From sequence record PP496441.1: a DNA stretch of 64,000 nucleotides; one strand, written 5' to 3'. This document shows, piece by piece, positions 9,936 to 19,485 of this stretch. The notes under the pieces are model-generated. The model was not told where the DNA came from and ran no database searches. It saw nothing but the letters and a program-made list of their open reading frames with translations. Made by a program: the position numbers and the translations under genes. Each line of letters begins with the position of its first letter. The stretch's first letter is position 1.

Positions 9936-10326
9936 TCAGGAACATGCCGTCCGAGATAGCATTCCTGAGAAGCTGGCTGTACAACGCCGACTGGAAGGTG
10001 AGTTCCGCATCACCCACATCCTGATCCTTGACCGGTACCTGGAGTGGTTGAAGGATCGAAACCTTCCAGTGTATTCCGATGAAGATCTACGTCCACTGGA
10101 TAATCTGTTCCACGAATACCCGTTCAATGGGGGTCACTTCCCTCAGAACTATAGCTTATTAATTGCAGCGTTCAGTAGAGAGTACTGGCGCTTGTTCGTA
10201 GCAGAAACCGACATCGAAGCTGACCTGACTTCGGTGCTGGGGATACCGCCGAGATTGTTTCAGCAACTCAGCACGCTCAGGTTACAGCTAGTCCGCAGAT
10301 ACCACACTCCGACTCACCGCAAATGA
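9892..10326 (+). CDS. Hypothetical protein
   Basis: ORF overlapping both neighbours in the operon. Confidence 0.65.
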   Translation: MSKAERRPQAIVQLDQEHAVRDSIPEKLAVQRRLEGEFRITHILILDRYLEWLKDRNLPVYSDEDLRPLDNLFHEYPFNGGHFPQNYSLLIAAFSREYWRLFVAETDIEADLTSVLGIPPRLFQQLSTLRLQLVRRYHTPTHRK

Positions 10327-11009
10327 GGTTGACCATGAAATTTGTACCTAAAGCCATTGAACACCGCGACATCGATCCCACCGCACGAGAGTTGTGGGTT
10401 CTCAATACCACCAAGAAGCCAGCTTCGGGCGACGTGTTCTTCACCGTGCCGCGTATCCGTGGCAATGGCATGGATGACGTGCAGGTGATCAAGAGCTGGG
10501 CACCGCAGAACCTGTGTGAACAAGCGTCCGCCGGTCAACTCATGGACTCCACCGAGTTCCGTAAGATGATGACCTACGGGAACATCATCGTCATCAGCCC
10601 GGAAGACGCACAGAAGATCATCAGCAAGCGTCCCAGCGATTTTCAGGAAGAAGTAAAGCGCATCCTGAACCGTCGCCAGCGTCAGATCGATGTACAAGAC
10701 GCTGGCAGTCGTGTAGCCGAGCCCGCGTACACCAGCGGCCACGATCACATCAACGCGCAAGCCGCCGATGACCTGGACATGAAAGTCCAGAGCCTGATGC
10801 AGCCGATGGAAGAGGGGGAAACCATCAGCTCCGACGAAGAGATGCGACTGATCAACACCCTGCGCACCATGGAAGACGACGATGAGCTGGGTCCGGTTGA
10901 GACCAAGTTCATTCAGCGCATCGCCAAGAAGGCGGGCAAGAAGAAACTCCTGCGCTACATCAACGAAGTCATTCGTCAGAGCGTTGACGACGAAGAAGAC
11001 GATGACTGA
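10323..11009 (+). CDS. Hypothetical protein
   Basis: 228-aa ORF followed by a terminator. Confidence 0.75.
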   Translation: MRLTMKFVPKAIEHRDIDPTARELWVLNTTKKPASGDVFFTVPRIRGNGMDDVQVIKSWAPQNLCEQASAGQLMDSTEFRKMMTYGNIIVISPEDAQKIISKRPSDFQEEVKRILNRRQRQIDVQDAGSRVAEPAYTSGHDHINAQAADDLDMKVQSLMQPMEEGETISSDEEMRLINTLRTMEDDDELGPVETKFIQRIAKKAGKKKLLRYINEVIRQSVDDEEDDD

Positions 11010-11033
11010 TACGCAGCGCAGGAGTTTCTTCTT

Positions 11034-11060
11034 GCCCCGGCTCTTATGCTGGGGCTTTTT
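11034..11060 (+). terminator. Rho-independent terminator
   Basis: GCCCCGGC-loop-GCTGGGGC followed by T5. Confidence 0.75.
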
Positions 11061-11201
11061 CACCTCGGTACTCCGGGATTTCCGGCTAGGATCACGACCG
11101 CACAGGATCGCGCAGGCGCCACGATGCCCCATGGACCGCCACACTGACCAATGGAACCACGGAAAACCCGACCTGCAGCGGCTGGCGCGGATTCCGCCCA
11201 C

Positions 11202-11237
11202 AAAAAAGCCCCGTCCAATACCGGCACGGGGCTTTTT
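11202..11237. terminator. Bidirectional terminator between converging operons
   Basis: A6-GCCCCGT...ACGGGGC-T5. Confidence 0.8.
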
Positions 11238-11261
11238 CACCTCACTACGTTACCGGATGCC

Positions 11262-11777
11262 TTACAGCGGCGATTCGGTGAACGTGTCGATAGAGAGGGT
11301 GAGCGATGGGCGAACGATGTCCGAGTTCTCACCATCCAGCTGACCGCCTGCAGGATCGTAATCCTCCAAGAAGCAACCTTTGATGATGTACACGTACACC
11401 GGGATATCCTGACGGTTCTTACGAACCAACTGGAAGATCGCCTTCACATCAGCGTTGCGCGCTTGAACACCGTTCTGGATGTTGAAGCACTGTTGACGCC
11501 ACTGAGCAAGCGCCTGGAGGAAGCGATAATCCGCAGTCTCCGCAGCGATCATGTTCAGGTTGGGAGTAGCCGCCATGATGCCGGGCTGGCGGATACGAAT
11601 ACCGCGAATCCAGACATCGGTGGTTTGCCCTGCGTCGGTTTTGGGAACGTCGGTAGCCAGCAGCCGAATGTTCAGGTCGGTAGGCATGTCAACACCTACC
11701 GGGGACTTGAGGCAAGTCAAGTCCCATTTGTGCATGGGGGCGAAGTCCCCCAACGCATTGATCTGTTCATATTGCAT
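11262..11777 (-). CDS. Tail tube protein (T4 gp19-like)
   Basis: 171 aa immediately downstream of the sheath; KWDL, DVPK, IRQPG, AQWR, GCFLEDY pattern. Confidence 0.8.
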   Translation of the reverse strand: MQYEQINALGDFAPMHKWDLTCLKSPVGVDMPTDLNIRLLATDVPKTDAGQTTDVWIRGIRIRQPGIMAATPNLNMIAAETADYRFLQALAQWRQQCFNIQNGVQARNADVKAIFQLVRKNRQDIPVYVYIIKGCFLEDYDPAGGQLDGENSDIVRPSLTLSIDTFTESPL

Positions 11778-11789
11778 GGTCAGCCCTCC

Positions 11790-14633
11790 TTACACGCGGC
11801 CGAAAGCATCGTCGAAAGACATGCCGTAGCGGGTAACGACAGTCTTGAATCGGATGAACTCGGCATCGAGGGTTGGCTTGACGAACAGCCACACGTTGAT
11901 AACCTGATTCTCGATATCGTTGTCGCCGTTGTTGGACGTGTCGCAGACGGTGAAGTAATCGTACACACCTTTCCGCGCTTTGATCCCGTCCATGTAATCG
12001 TCGATCAGGACCTTGATCTCGTTCCGCACTTCCGGCGTGTTCAGTTCGAACACGTAATCTTCGAGTGCTTCCTTGATGGCAGGTTCGATCACGATCAGCA
12101 ACAGCCGAACGTTCAGACTGCGAGTTGCGGATTGAGTTGGGGACAGCGTCCGTTGACCCCAGACCACGATGCCTTTCCCTTTGGCGAACCAAATCGGGTT
12201 GACCTCGATGTCGTAGAGGAAGTCCATCTCCCCTTCGGTGAAGCGGATCAGCGTGTCGAGTACGTTCAGAACACCACGACGGAAACCGGCTGGTGGATAC
12301 CAGAGCTCGGAGTTCGCGCCAGTCTTGCTGATCACCGCGCCGACGAAACCATCCGGCGACACGTAGATGTCGCGGTTGTTGTACTTGTCAGTAACCTTGA
12401 CGTGCGGTGCATACAGCGCAGCGTACGAAGTGTTCGCGTTCAGAACCGACTGGCGGTAGTTCGCGATCTGATTCAAGTAGTCCGAAGACGATTCCGCAGC
12501 GTACGGGCAAGACAGGATAGCTACGCAGTCCATGCGCTGCTCTGCCAGTGCGATCAGTGCCTTGGCATACGATGCCGTAGCGCGGCCACCATCCAGAAGG
12601 AGGGTGATTGGCAGACCTTGCAGCTTGCCCAACGCCTTGATCATATCGGAGTCGGTCACCGCAGTGCCGTCATCGCCGCCGCCTACGTAGATACCGTAAG
12701 GAGCGGAGCCGTCGTCTTTGGTGACAAGGGAAGCATCACCTGCGTCCACGGTGAACGTGATGGTCACCTTGGCAGCGGCAGCAGTAACGGTATCTACTGT
12801 CGCAACGCTGTCGTACGAAGCGGCACCCAGCAGGGCAGCAACCTCGGCAGCGGTATCCGCGCTGTACGGAATGGTAACCTTGACGCCAGCCAGCTCAACA
12901 ACCTCGTCGTTGCCGGAAGTGTTACCCGACAGAACGATAAAGGATTGTTGCTCTGCTACTGCGTCCACGCCTGCCACGAAGCGGCGGACAATGGAGCAAG
13001 ACGTGGTGCTGATCGACGAAGGGGCGGTCTTTACCGGCAGGTTAGCGTCGTGGGCAGTGGTCTTGTAGGTGACCAGTACCTTGGCACCATCAGCGGCTAC
13101 TGAGGCGAAGTCCGCTACAGTGCTGTAGTTGCTGTTCGCGATGGATGCAGCAACGTCTGCCAAGTTGGTGCTGGCAGCAGTAACCTGAGTGACGACACCG
13201 TTCAGAGTGAAGTCTTCGACCGCGCCCGAGTTGTTAGCGGCGTTGACGTTGAACGACACGATCTTGGGTTTCTCAGCCTGCGGTGCCACGTACGGCTGGG
13301 TTACAGCAGGTGCGCCGAAAGTGGTGGTGTTGCCACCTGGGTTGGTCAGGCTGGTAGCCGCGTTCTCCGCAGCCACTTTGTACGTCACCTTGACCGTGGT
13401 GTTGTTTACCACAGACACGGACTGGATCAGCGTGTCAGCAGCATACGACGCCGAGGCAATCGCAGCAGCTACCGCAGCAGCAGTGGTCGCGGCCAGAGGC
13501 ACGGTGACCGTGGTGCTACCCAGAGTGAACTGTTCGTCCGCACCCGAGCTGTTGCCCGAGTTGACCAAGAAGGTCCACGTCTTACCAACACCTTGAACCG
13601 CAGGGGCGTAAGCCTGAACCACGGTGAAGCCGCTGGTACGAACACTCTCTGGCTTGCCAACGGTGAACGTCGCTACCGAGGCAGCGCTCTCTTTCATGGT
13701 CAGGGTGACCACGGCGCCGGAAGCCTCGACACGATCCACTGCCGGAATGTTGTCCCACTCTGGCGACGTAGCAATGACCGAAGCCAATGCAGACGTGGTA
13801 GTGGCATTCGCCGGGACGTCGATGTTGATGGTCTGGCCAGCGCCGGTGACCTTCAGCTTGAGCACTTGACCCGTGCTGTTACCAGATTGCACGGTGAACG
13901 ACTGTTGTTGAACAGTCGCAGCCTTGCTGGCAACGAAGTCGCGGGTTTGAGTCAGGTCGCCGAACGACACCGTGGTAACCTTGGTGTTTTTCGGGAACAG
14001 CTTCTCGTCCGCGATTGGGTTGGAGACCCAACGGATGTAAGCCGACGACTGCAGAGCGGTTTCGACGTACATCGATTGGCCCAGGCCGTTGACCGCGCCT
14101 TGCAAGCGGGACACCTCGAACGACTCGACCAGCGCGCCGTAGAAGTACACACGAATGCGGAACGGGTTGTACGAAGCAGTCTGCTTGGTGATACGGTCGA
14201 TGATCACCGAGATGTTAGACGACCACACACCTGGGCTCGATGCGTAGATCAAACCAGCATCATCCGCAGTGAACGGATACGACTCTGGGTCGTCCAGATC
14301 TTGGCTCGGAACGCGAACGTCCTGATCCGAAGTGGAGACCGGGATGATCAAGCCGCCAGCCAGCGTCTGTGAACCGGCGCGGATTACCCACAGCTTGTTG
14401 GAAGCCTGAAGGAATGTCGCGGCGGAATACATGGCCAGGTCGGCACCAATACGGATACTGGAGTTCTCCGTATAACTTTGAATCAGATCCTGCTCGGAAG
14501 TCGTCAACTTCGCTTCTTCCTGCGACCCTCGCGGGGCACCTGGGAGTACGATTGCGCCGTAAACGCCCGGCGAACTCGCAACCGAAGTAGCGAGATTGAT
14601 TTCCGAGAGGGTTACCTTTGCTGCACCACTCAT
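11790..14633 (-). CDS. Contractile tail sheath protein with four inserted repeat domains
   Basis: Sheath C-terminal motifs YAALYAPHVKV, WYPPAGFRRG, VVWGQRTL, LNVRLLLIVIE, YVFELNT, WLFVKP. Confidence 0.92.
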   Translation of the reverse strand: MSGAAKVTLSEINLATSVASSPGVYGAIVLPGAPRGSQEEAKLTTSEQDLIQSYTENSSIRIGADLAMYSAATFLQASNKLWVIRAGSQTLAGGLIIPVSTSDQDVRVPSQDLDDPESYPFTADDAGLIYASSPGVWSSNISVIIDRITKQTASYNPFRIRVYFYGALVESFEVSRLQGAVNGLGQSMYVETALQSSAYIRWVSNPIADEKLFPKNTKVTTVSFGDLTQTRDFVASKAATVQQQSFTVQSGNSTGQVLKLKVTGAGQTINIDVPANATTTSALASVIATSPEWDNIPAVDRVEASGAVVTLTMKESAASVATFTVGKPESVRTSGFTVVQAYAPAVQGVGKTWTFLVNSGNSSGADEQFTLGSTTVTVPLAATTAAAVAAAIASASYAADTLIQSVSVVNNTTVKVTYKVAAENAATSLTNPGGNTTTFGAPAVTQPYVAPQAEKPKIVSFNVNAANNSGAVEDFTLNGVVTQVTAASTNLADVAASIANSNYSTVADFASVAADGAKVLVTYKTTAHDANLPVKTAPSSISTTSCSIVRRFVAGVDAVAEQQSFIVLSGNTSGNDEVVELAGVKVTIPYSADTAAEVAALLGAASYDSVATVDTVTAAAAKVTITFTVDAGDASLVTKDDGSAPYGIYVGGGDDGTAVTDSDMIKALGKLQGLPITLLLDGGRATASYAKALIALAEQRMDCVAILSCPYAAESSSDYLNQIANYRQSVLNANTSYAALYAPHVKVTDKYNNRDIYVSPDGFVGAVISKTGANSELWYPPAGFRRGVLNVLDTLIRFTEGEMDFLYDIEVNPIWFAKGKGIVVWGQRTLSPTQSATRSLNVRLLLIVIEPAIKEALEDYVFELNTPEVRNEIKVLIDDYMDGIKARKGVYDYFTVCDTSNNGDNDIENQVINVWLFVKPTLDAEFIRFKTVVTRYGMSFDDAFGRV

Positions 14634-14654
14634 AGTGATTCCCTCGATGGAGTG

Positions 14655-14843
14655 TTAAGCCTGAACTTGTTCAGTAACCTTGCCCGGCAACGGGTAGGTC
14701 AACTGATCACGATCCAGACGTTTCAGGACGCCGAGCGGCGGCAGGGTAACGGAATCTTTTCCCTCTGGACCATAGGCCAGCTGGATGGGGTGCTTCGCCG
14801 TCGAATACAGATTGACGTAAACTTTTTCTTGATCAGACATCAC
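14655..14843 (-). CDS. Small hypothetical virion protein
   Basis: RBS AGGAGA; lies between the terminator-like and sheath genes. Confidence 0.7.
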   Translation of the reverse strand: MMSDQEKVYVNLYSTAKHPIQLAYGPEGKDSVTLPPLGVLKRLDRDQLTYPLPGKVTEQVQA

Positions 14844-14858
14844 ATCGTCTCCTAACCG

Positions 14859-15545
14859 TTATGGCGTCGGGGTCAGATCTATTTCCTTGCGGAACAGTAC
14901 CTCGCCCTTACCGTTTTCACCTTCATCAAGCTGGGCAACGAAGATAATCTTCGAGCTGTTCTTGAGCTTCGTGTCGTACTTGCCCCCATCACTGGAGACA
15001 TAACCGTGGACAGTGATGTCTACGTTGAACACGAACGCCGATACGTCCTGACCCGCCTTCGACTTGGGAGGCAATGTCAGGTCACCACCGACTTGAGACT
15101 CAATCGTGAACGGGATACCTCGGTACTCCAGCGTGAAATCCAGCAGGCTTAAATGCTGCATGAACTTCGCGTCACTGATGAACTTTAGCGCCTTCAGGTA
15201 ATCGTCGGTAGCGAACTCCAGAACCATACCCATTGTAACCGGGATGATACTGATTGCGTACTCTCGATCCCCCTCGTTGATGGCAAAGCGATTAACAATC
15301 CCTCGCGCTGTCACATTGGGGCGGTGTCGATTGGAATCACCTACGGTGCCGTAAGTCAGATAAGCGAAAGGGAACGTGGGTGCCTTTTCCCTTTTCTGAA
15401 CGAACACATCGTAAGCTTCTTCCCGCGTTCGAATCATGACGCTGCCTTTAGCTAGGTCCAGCCCTTCTTCGACACGACGGCATACACCCGCCAAGACGAA
15501 CACCTCGATGGGCTTGATCCTTGTACTTGCTGAAGACTTAGCCAT
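14859..15545 (-). CDS. Putative tail terminator/sheath stabiliser (gp15-like)
   Basis: FPFAYLTY...PVTMGMVLEF...FNVDITVHGYV pattern; position between capsid and sheath. Confidence 0.5.
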   Translation of the reverse strand: MAKSSASTRIKPIEVFVLAGVCRRVEEGLDLAKGSVMIRTREEAYDVFVQKREKAPTFPFAYLTYGTVGDSNRHRPNVTARGIVNRFAINEGDREYAISIIPVTMGMVLEFATDDYLKALKFISDAKFMQHLSLLDFTLEYRGIPFTIESQVGGDLTLPPKSKAGQDVSAFVFNVDITVHGYVSSDGGKYDTKLKNSSKIIFVAQLDEGENGKGEVLFRKEIDLTPTP

Positions 15546-15556
15546 TTTCTACCTCG

Positions 15557-15593
15557 AAAAAAAGGGTGGGTGGGCGGTAACACCCACCCACCC
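15557..15593 (-). terminator. Terminator after the major capsid gene
   Basis: Perfect 11-bp stem GGGTGGGTGGG/CCCACCCACCC with U7 on the minus strand. Confidence 0.8.
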
Positions 15594-15615
15594 TATATCA
15601 CCTGACGTGCTGTGG

Positions 15616-16704
15616 TTACTGGCGGATAGCCTTAGTCACAGTGCGAGAGTTGATGATGGACATCGCGGTCAGCTGGCTCATGGTCCAACCACGACCTGGG
15701 AAGCGCTCGGTGGTCTCGTCGATAGGGCGAGCCTCGATGCCATCACGGTCGGAGTACACACCATGGTTCTCTGGCGAGGAAACCACGTACATCTCGCCAC
15801 GGCCCAGCACCTTGTGCTGCGAATGACGGAACTGGTCAGTGATCACTTCCAGGCCGTACACGTTGCCGATGTTGCCGGTTTGAATCAGCTCTTCGGCGTA
15901 CGAGGTGGCGTTGAAAGTGTTGACCCAGCTTTCTTCGCTGATGATGTCGGTCAGGATGTCCGACGAGATCAACCAGAATGCCGCTGGCAGGCCCCACTGG
16001 GTGATGTTACTCACCATGTTGGCCAGAGCGCGGGTGGTCACTTGACCGGCGAGGATGGTCTGCTCGTTGGCTACGCCGACCGACGCATCGGCCAGACGTT
16101 TCCACAGGCGGTCTTCCGCAACCATGAACGCTTCCAGCGTGGAGATGTACGTACGGTCGAGCAGAGTGGCCGGGCCGCGAGCCAGGTCTTTCTGTTCGAT
16201 GTACGGACGCGCTTGGAGGTAAAACTCTTGCGGGTAGTACACGTTGTCGCGAACCAGGTGGGTCGCAACTTGGGCAGGACCAGTCGAGAGGACCGCGACG
16301 GACTGCTTCATGTCCACGGTGACTTTCGGCTCTTGGCCTTGTTCCAGTTCCATGCGTTGCAGCAGACGACGTGCGAAGCCGTCACGGTTGCCGGTCACTT
16401 GCATCTCGGCGGCGAACACTTCGCCCAGTGCAACCAGCTCTTCCTTGCTGGCGAATGCGGCTTCAACCATCTCACGCTTGCGAGCGGCAGCAGCCGAAGC
16501 AGTTTCAACCTGCTTCTCGGTGGTCAGCTGGTGACCGCTCTTGGCCGCAGCTGCGAGGGTTTGGAGCATGCCGAACAATTCTTTGTTCGAACTGGCGTTG
16601 AACTCGCCGTTCTGGCCAACCAGCTTACCTCCGCCTGCCATGGACAGTTCGGTGATGATGCTCGGACGGCTGACGGACAGCCCTTTAAGTTGCAATGCTT
16701 TCAT
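15616..16704 (-). CDS. Major capsid protein (HK97-fold, probable)
   Basis: 362 aa; downstream of scaffold and decoration genes and followed by a strong terminator; G-x-x-G-x-VYGLEVITD motif typical of capsid P-domain ends. Confidence 0.72.
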   Translation of the reverse strand: MKALQLKGLSVSRPSIITELSMAGGGKLVGQNGEFNASSNKELFGMLQTLAAAAKSGHQLTTEKQVETASAAAARKREMVEAAFASKEELVALGEVFAAEMQVTGNRDGFARRLLQRMELEQGQEPKVTVDMKQSVAVLSTGPAQVATHLVRDNVYYPQEFYLQARPYIEQKDLARGPATLLDRTYISTLEAFMVAEDRLWKRLADASVGVANEQTILAGQVTTRALANMVSNITQWGLPAAFWLISSDILTDIISEESWVNTFNATSYAEELIQTGNIGNVYGLEVITDQFRHSQHKVLGRGEMYVVSSPENHGVYSDRDGIEARPIDETTERFPGRGWTMSQLTAMSIINSRTVTKAIRQ

Positions 16705-16767
16705 GAGGTTTTAATCCTGTGCAGGAAAATCAGAAGACCTTGTCTGTATTGATAAGGCTAACTAGCC

Positions 16768-17475
16768 TTACAGCAGGACCAGTTTCAGGAACGGATAGCC
16801 TTCATCCGGGCCTTTCAGAACAGCGACGCCTTGCAGCACGGTGCCGTTGCCACCGCTGGTGAACAGGCCGTTCGCGCCGAGGGTGACCACGGTCTCAGGG
16901 GACCAGTCAACGTTGGTGTCGAATTCGGAAGTCGCCAGTTCGCCTTTGGTGATGGCGGTGGTAATCCCGAGGAAAGCAGCGGCGGTGCGACCAGCGGACT
17001 GTTCGCCTTGCAGCGAAGCAGCTTCTACGACGGTCGGGGTGTAGCGATAGCCAGCCTGAATCGCTTGGTCTTTCTGTGCAGCGTTCAGCGTGACGGTCTT
17101 GCCGTCCGACGCGAGGCTGAACTTACCAGCGGTGGCAGCATCACCAGCGGCCAGCGTGGTCTTGGTGCCGTTGGCAGCAGTAGCTACCAGGCGCAGCGAA
17201 CCGGCGTCGGCGACAGCCTTGTCCAGCACCAGAGTAGTGCTGTTACGGTTGGCTTCGAAACCTTGCAGCTTCGGCAGGAAGTCCGGGAACTGGGTCTGGT
17301 TGATGTTGATGCCGAAGAAGCGCTCACCGGCAACACCAGTGGAGGGCTTGACTGCCAACTCACCGTCAGCGCCGGTAGTGATAACCAGAGCGCAACCTTC
17401 GTTGGTCAATTCGATCCCTTCCGCCACTTGGACAGGTTGGGATTCGCGCAGATGAACGACGTCGAAACTGAGCAT
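16768..17475 (-). CDS. Putative head decoration/minor capsid protein
   Basis: A/T/G-rich beta protein directly upstream of the major capsid gene. Confidence 0.45.
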   Translation of the reverse strand: MLSFDVVHLRESQPVQVAEGIELTNEGCALVITTGADGELAVKPSTGVAGERFFGININQTQFPDFLPKLQGFEANRNSTTLVLDKAVADAGSLRLVATAANGTKTTLAAGDAATAGKFSLASDGKTVTLNAAQKDQAIQAGYRYTPTVVEAASLQGEQSAGRTAAAFLGITTAITKGELATSEFDTNVDWSPETVVTLGANGLFTSGGNGTVLQGVAVLKGPDEGYPFLKLVLL

Positions 17476-17536
17476 GGTACGTTCCTCAAAGGAAGGATAG
17501 ATAAAAACGGATGACTGTCTCGGGTTGAATCAACCC

Positions 17537-19066
17537 TTAACTGATGCGGAACAGTCCGCCTTGAGCGAGTTCACGCACACGCGAGTTTCCCTTCTGAACA
17601 GGTTCATTCAGGAAGGAAGCGGTGGTTACCTGGCGCAACGGGGTCTCGAGTTGGGTTTCCAGCTGCGCAGTAGAAGCCTGACGGCCATTGCTGCGAGTCG
17701 AGGAACCTACCGGAGTAGTGGACGCGATGGTTTCCGCCAGATCATTCAGGCTGCTCGGGTCACGGGCTGCCAGTGTCTGAGCCAGCGCGAGGACGTTTTG
17801 GTTATGTTCGTCTTCGGTTTCGGCCAAAGCGCTCTCAACCATGGCTTGCGCGTTCTGTACACCAGCGGTGGTCAGATCGGCAATCAGGCGTTCCTTCACT
17901 TTGTGTGGGGTGTTGCGGAAGAACCCACGGGTCATACCAGCTGTCGCCAGCTGAAGGCCATGCAGCAGTCGTTCGGTCTGATCGCCAACGGTGTCGGCGA
18001 CTTCGGCGGCAGCGACAGCCTTAGCCTTTTCTTGCACGAATGCCATCGCCATCGCGGCAGGGGCCTTGAAGCTGTTACGCTGGAAGCCGTAGCTAGCCAG
18101 AGTTGCGTCCAAGCCGTCCTTGTTGAACGTCTGGGCGATTGCTTCCATGTAAGCTGGCTCGCCGAAGATATCGGCGTTGGCGGTTTCTGCGGTCTTGTGC
18201 AGGACAGCCACGGTCTGATCGTTGACGTTAGCCAAGATCTTGCCGTTCAGCGGGATGAATTCAGCAGTCGCGTTTTCACTCAGGCCAACCGAGGACAGCG
18301 CTTCGAGAACGTCGATGTTCATATCTTCGGGCTCGTCACATTGGTCGGGATTCTGCGTGGACTGGATGACTTCGGCTTCTTCAACCGGTTCGTCTTCCGA
18401 CTCCTCTTCTTCCTCGTCATCAGCTTCGGCGGATGCAACCACCGGCTTCTGCTTCGGCATGATGATCATCGGATTGTCCTCGGCGGAAGCTTCTTCCTCC
18501 AAGTCCTCGTCAGACTCATTCGATTCGTCGTCTTCCAGTTCTTCGTCGTCGGCGCTGGTGTCGTCATCGCTTAGATCCGAATCGTCTTCCGACTCTTCTT
18601 CATCATCGGCGCTGGCTTCTTCGGCGGGTTGATCGCCGTCCCATGCCCAATCGGCGTTCGCGTCTTCTTCGTCGGTAGCAGTGGTATCATCCTCTGCACC
18701 TGCGAGAGTTACGCTGGGGTTCAGTACCATCCCCGTACCGCATTCAACACAGCAGATCTCTACGTGGCCTTCTTTGTTCACCGGCATTTGCGCCAGCTCT
18801 TCATCGAACATCACGTTAGCCACGGTGCACTGACGGCACTGCGCGCTGGTAAGGCTATCTTCTTCCGACTGGTTAAAGACGGAAGCAGTGATTGCCTCAG
18901 CACGCTGTTTCATGGCTGGACTGCCGCAGTGACCGCAGAACGGATCGCACCCCGCCAACGCTACCGTTTCCTCTTTGCAGTGACCGCACTGGTATGAAGC
19001 CAGTACAGCCTGCTTGAGGCTACGCATGGTTGGGGCGTGAGAAGCGATCATGGTGAGCTTCGGCAT
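17537..19066 (-). CDS. Putative scaffold/prohead-core protein with N-terminal CxxC pairs and an acidic linker
   Basis: RBS GAGGAG before ATG 19066; CGHC, CGHC, CRQC, CVEC; D/E tract; first gene of the head operon. Confidence 0.45.
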   Translation of the reverse strand: MPKLTMIASHAPTMRSLKQAVLASYQCGHCKEETVALAGCDPFCGHCGSPAMKQRAEAITASVFNQSEEDSLTSAQCRQCTVANVMFDEELAQMPVNKEGHVEICCVECGTGMVLNPSVTLAGAEDDTTATDEEDANADWAWDGDQPAEEASADDEEESEDDSDLSDDDTSADDEELEDDESNESDEDLEEEASAEDNPMIIMPKQKPVVASAEADDEEEEESEDEPVEEAEVIQSTQNPDQCDEPEDMNIDVLEALSSVGLSENATAEFIPLNGKILANVNDQTVAVLHKTAETANADIFGEPAYMEAIAQTFNKDGLDATLASYGFQRNSFKAPAAMAMAFVQEKAKAVAAAEVADTVGDQTERLLHGLQLATAGMTRGFFRNTPHKVKERLIADLTTAGVQNAQAMVESALAETEDEHNQNVLALAQTLAARDPSSLNDLAETIASTTPVGSSTRSNGRQASTAQLETQLETPLRQVTTASFLNEPVQKGNSRVRELAQGGLFRIS

Positions 19067-19208
19067 GCGAAGTGCTCCTCTTGCTGTCAATGGGCTGCTA
19101 CACACTATAAGCATGAGCAGATCTTCGAGCAGGCCACCTCGACGGCCCCTGCTACGGTAAACTCGGATTCACCCCTCCACGCGTATATAACGTTTTGGGA
19201 ACAATTCA

Positions 19209-19218
19209 AATTACATAC
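19209..19218 (-). promoter_or_regulatory. GTATGTAATT motif (candidate late promoter of the head-tail operon)
   Basis: Identical to 9084-9093. Confidence 0.45.
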
Positions 19219-19393
19219 GACCAGAGTGCCATGGTGTCCATACCTGCGTCAAAACGCCCGTTTGCCATCATGTCGGGATATGCCCAGCCATATGAGTGCT
19301 AAGTTATTGATTACCTTGACAATTTATTAGGGGGTATGTGGCCCCCTAATTCATGGAAATTAAGGTATTTTGGCTATATCTGCGTCAAAGTGC

Positions 19394-19422
19394 TTGACAA
19401 ACGCTGCCAGGCCCTGTATACT
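19394..19422 (+). promoter_or_regulatory. sigma70 promoter
   Basis: TTGACA-17 bp-TATACT. Confidence 0.85.
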
Positions 19423-19485
19423 GCACGGGCGAGCTACTATTCCAGCCCGCTACGTCCATGCCCACCGGGGCACGAAGGAACCAAC

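Noticed and set aside
11151-13103. 650-aa plus-strand ORF, and similar long antisense ORFs (40206-42614, 45566-46909, 51035-52066, 15436-16752, 17525-18574, 2785-4119)
   Set aside because: These are shadow frames opposite genes with clear motifs, as expected from GC-rich codon bias; they have no RBS or motifs
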